Of a DNA stretch of 55,727 nt, positions 54,155-55,727 are shown piece by piece. Positions within the stretch are counted from its first letter, which is position 1. Every line of letters starts with the position of its first letter. A program made the position numbers and the translations under genes. This DNA is from a virus (Duplodnaviria; Caudoviricetes), in the IMG/VR virus record IMGVR_UViG_3300045999_001046, positions 1-55,727 of that record; one strand, 5' to 3'. The notes beneath the pieces were generated by a model. It did not search any database and was not told the origin of the DNA. It saw nothing but the letters and a program-made list of their open reading frames with translations.

Positions 54155-55351
54155 ATGAGTTTATCTGCTGAACAACGGTTGACCCGCTCTGTCGTGTGGC
54201 TGATGGGCGAAGCAAAGTACGCTGCGTTCTCTGGCCTGTACATGATGGGCAAGATCGAGGTCAACGATACGGTGCGCACTGCATGCACCAACGGACGTGA
54301 TGAGTTTTATGGGCGTGCGTTCGTGGAGTCGCTGACTGATGAGGAGGTGCGGGGTCTCAAGCTGCATGAGACGTGGCACAAAGCAGGGCGGCACTTCATG
54401 GTGTGGAAGCATCTCGCTGATGAAGACCCCAAGCTTGCCAACATGGCGATGGACTACGTGATCAATCTGTTTATTCATGACAGTGATCCGAAGGGCGAGG
54501 ATGTGCGCCTACCCAAGGGTGGGCTGCTCGATGAGCGGTTCCGTAACATGGACATCGGTGAGGTATACAAGGTACTCAAACAGGAGAAAGACAATGGACA
54601 GGGGAACGGTAAAGGGCAAGCAGGACAGGGCACGCCGGGTGACGGCGGCGAGAGCGATACCTTGGATGAACATGACTGGGATTCTGCGAGTAGCCTCAGT
54701 GCAGAAGAGCAGGACAAGCTGGCAACAGAGATCGACGAATGCCTCCGGCAAGGTGCGCAAGTAGCAGGCAAGCTGGGTGCGAAGATGCCACGTGGTCTCG
54801 AGGAGATGTTGCAGCCCAAAGTAGATTGGCGTGAGCAGTTGCGTGACTTCGTGGGCGCATTCGCTGCGGGTGCTGACTTGCCAAGCTATCGCAAACCTAA
54901 CCGAAGACTCATGTCCAGCAATCTGGTGTTACCGAGTCACATCTCGGAGACTGTCGGCAAGCTGGTGGTTGCAGTGGATGCATCGGGTTCGATCATGGGG
55001 GATATGCTGACTGCGCTTTTGTCAGAGGTGAACAGCATCTGTGAGGTGGTCAAGCCCGAGTCGGTGGAGTTGTTGTACTGGGACACCGAGGTCTGCCAGC
55101 ATGAGACCTACGATGCGAACAGCTACGCTGGGTTGTTGACTTCGACTAAGCCACGTGGCGGTGGCGGTACTGATCCGCAGTGTGTGGTGGACTACATGAA
55201 GCAGAAAGCAATTCGTGCCGAGTGTGTTGTCGTGCTGACTGACGGGTACGTGAGTAGCTGGGGTAAGGATTGGTCTTGCCCTACATTGTGGTGCATAACA
55301 GAGAAGCGCAAAGTGTCCCCTGTTGGACGTAGCGTACATATCGAGCTGTAA
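54155..55351 (+). CDS. DUF2201-type metallopeptidase + VWA domain protein
   Basis: TACTNG, HETWH, NMAMDYVIN; MIDAS DASGS, GGGGTD, LTDG. Confidence 0.88.
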   Translation: MSLSAEQRLTRSVVWLMGEAKYAAFSGLYMMGKIEVNDTVRTACTNGRDEFYGRAFVESLTDEEVRGLKLHETWHKAGRHFMVWKHLADEDPKLANMAMDYVINLFIHDSDPKGEDVRLPKGGLLDERFRNMDIGEVYKVLKQEKDNGQGNGKGQAGQGTPGDGGESDTLDEHDWDSASSLSAEEQDKLATEIDECLRQGAQVAGKLGAKMPRGLEEMLQPKVDWREQLRDFVGAFAAGADLPSYRKPNRRLMSSNLVLPSHISETVGKLVVAVDASGSIMGDMLTALLSEVNSICEVVKPESVELLYWDTEVCQHETYDANSYAGLLTSTKPRGGGGTDPQCVVDYMKQKAIRAECVVVLTDGYVSSWGKDWSCPTLWCITEKRKVSPVGRSVHIEL

Positions 55352-55375
55352 ACAACTTTACCTTGGAGAACTATC

Positions 55376-55727
55376 ATGGCTATTCAGAACTCATCTGTAT
55401 TGGTTGACCTGCACATCACTGCATGGACTGGACGCAAGCTGGACAAGAAAGTGTCGGGCGAGATCGACGCAAGCAAGAACACCAAGACCCGCGCTGGCAA
55501 TTACCACAAGCACCTGCTGGCTGGCACTGACAAACTCGAGACAGTTCAACGTCTGGCTGGTGCGCTACGTACGTGGCACCACGAGAACACTCTGCCTTGG
55601 TCGGATGGTGGCTCACGTCTGCTACCGATGAAGAACTTCTTTGACTACAAGCAGGAGCTGTCAAAGCGTCAGCGCGAGTTCGACGCAGCGGTGCAGGACT
55701 TTCTGGATCACTATCCGGAACTCTTTC
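55376..55727 (+). CDS. DUF3150-like phage protein (3' truncated), not in the ORF track
   Basis: CCTTGGAGAA RBS; MAIQNSSVLVDLHITAWTGRKLD..TLPWSDGGSRLLP; open to window end. Confidence 0.75.
   Translation, partial: MAIQNSSVLVDLHITAWTGRKLDKKVSGEIDASKNTKTRAGNYHKHLLAGTDKLETVQRLAGALRTWHHENTLPWSDGGSRLLPMKNFFDYKQELSKRQREFDAAVQDFLDHYPELF

Noticed and set aside
1-55727. tRNA, rRNA, integrase/att site, introns or inteins, alternative genetic code
   Set aside because: None recognised; TerL, helicase, primase and the visible PolA part are uninterrupted, and genes read normally in code 11.

Overview
Partial genome (open at both ends) of a tailed dsDNA phage, most likely a podovirus of a Gram-negative host: it has a P22/T7-like tail and ejection-protein module, no tape measure, Rz/Rz1 spanins and sigma70-type promoters. 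1-9.2 kb (+) is replication: family A DNA polymerase, PD-(D/E)XK exonuclease, SNF2 helicase, SSB-like protein, HTH protein and primase-helicase. 9.25-48.7 kb (-) is morphogenesis and lysis: terminase, portal, GroES-like protein, scaffold, major capsid, small basic proteins, adaptors, duplicated tail-fibre cassettes, GH19 endolysin, spanins and ejection proteins including a 2193-aa polyvalent protein. 48.7-50.8 kb is a control region. 49-55.7 kb (+) holds early genes, including a MoxR AAA + VWA/metallopeptidase module. The most interesting signal is non-coding. A ~70-nt candidate small RNA (9182-9253) has its own promoter and terminator and is complementary to an atypical extended ribosome-binding motif, (C)(C)CTTGGAG(AAA), found in front of seven early/replication genes, which suggests a phage-encoded anti-Shine-Dalgarno sRNA regulon. 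Also seen: five copies of a 15-bp palindromic operator, a shared promoter-spacer motif, two pseudoknotted 5' leaders and an ATT-start gene. All product calls come from motif recognition by eye; no database searches were run.
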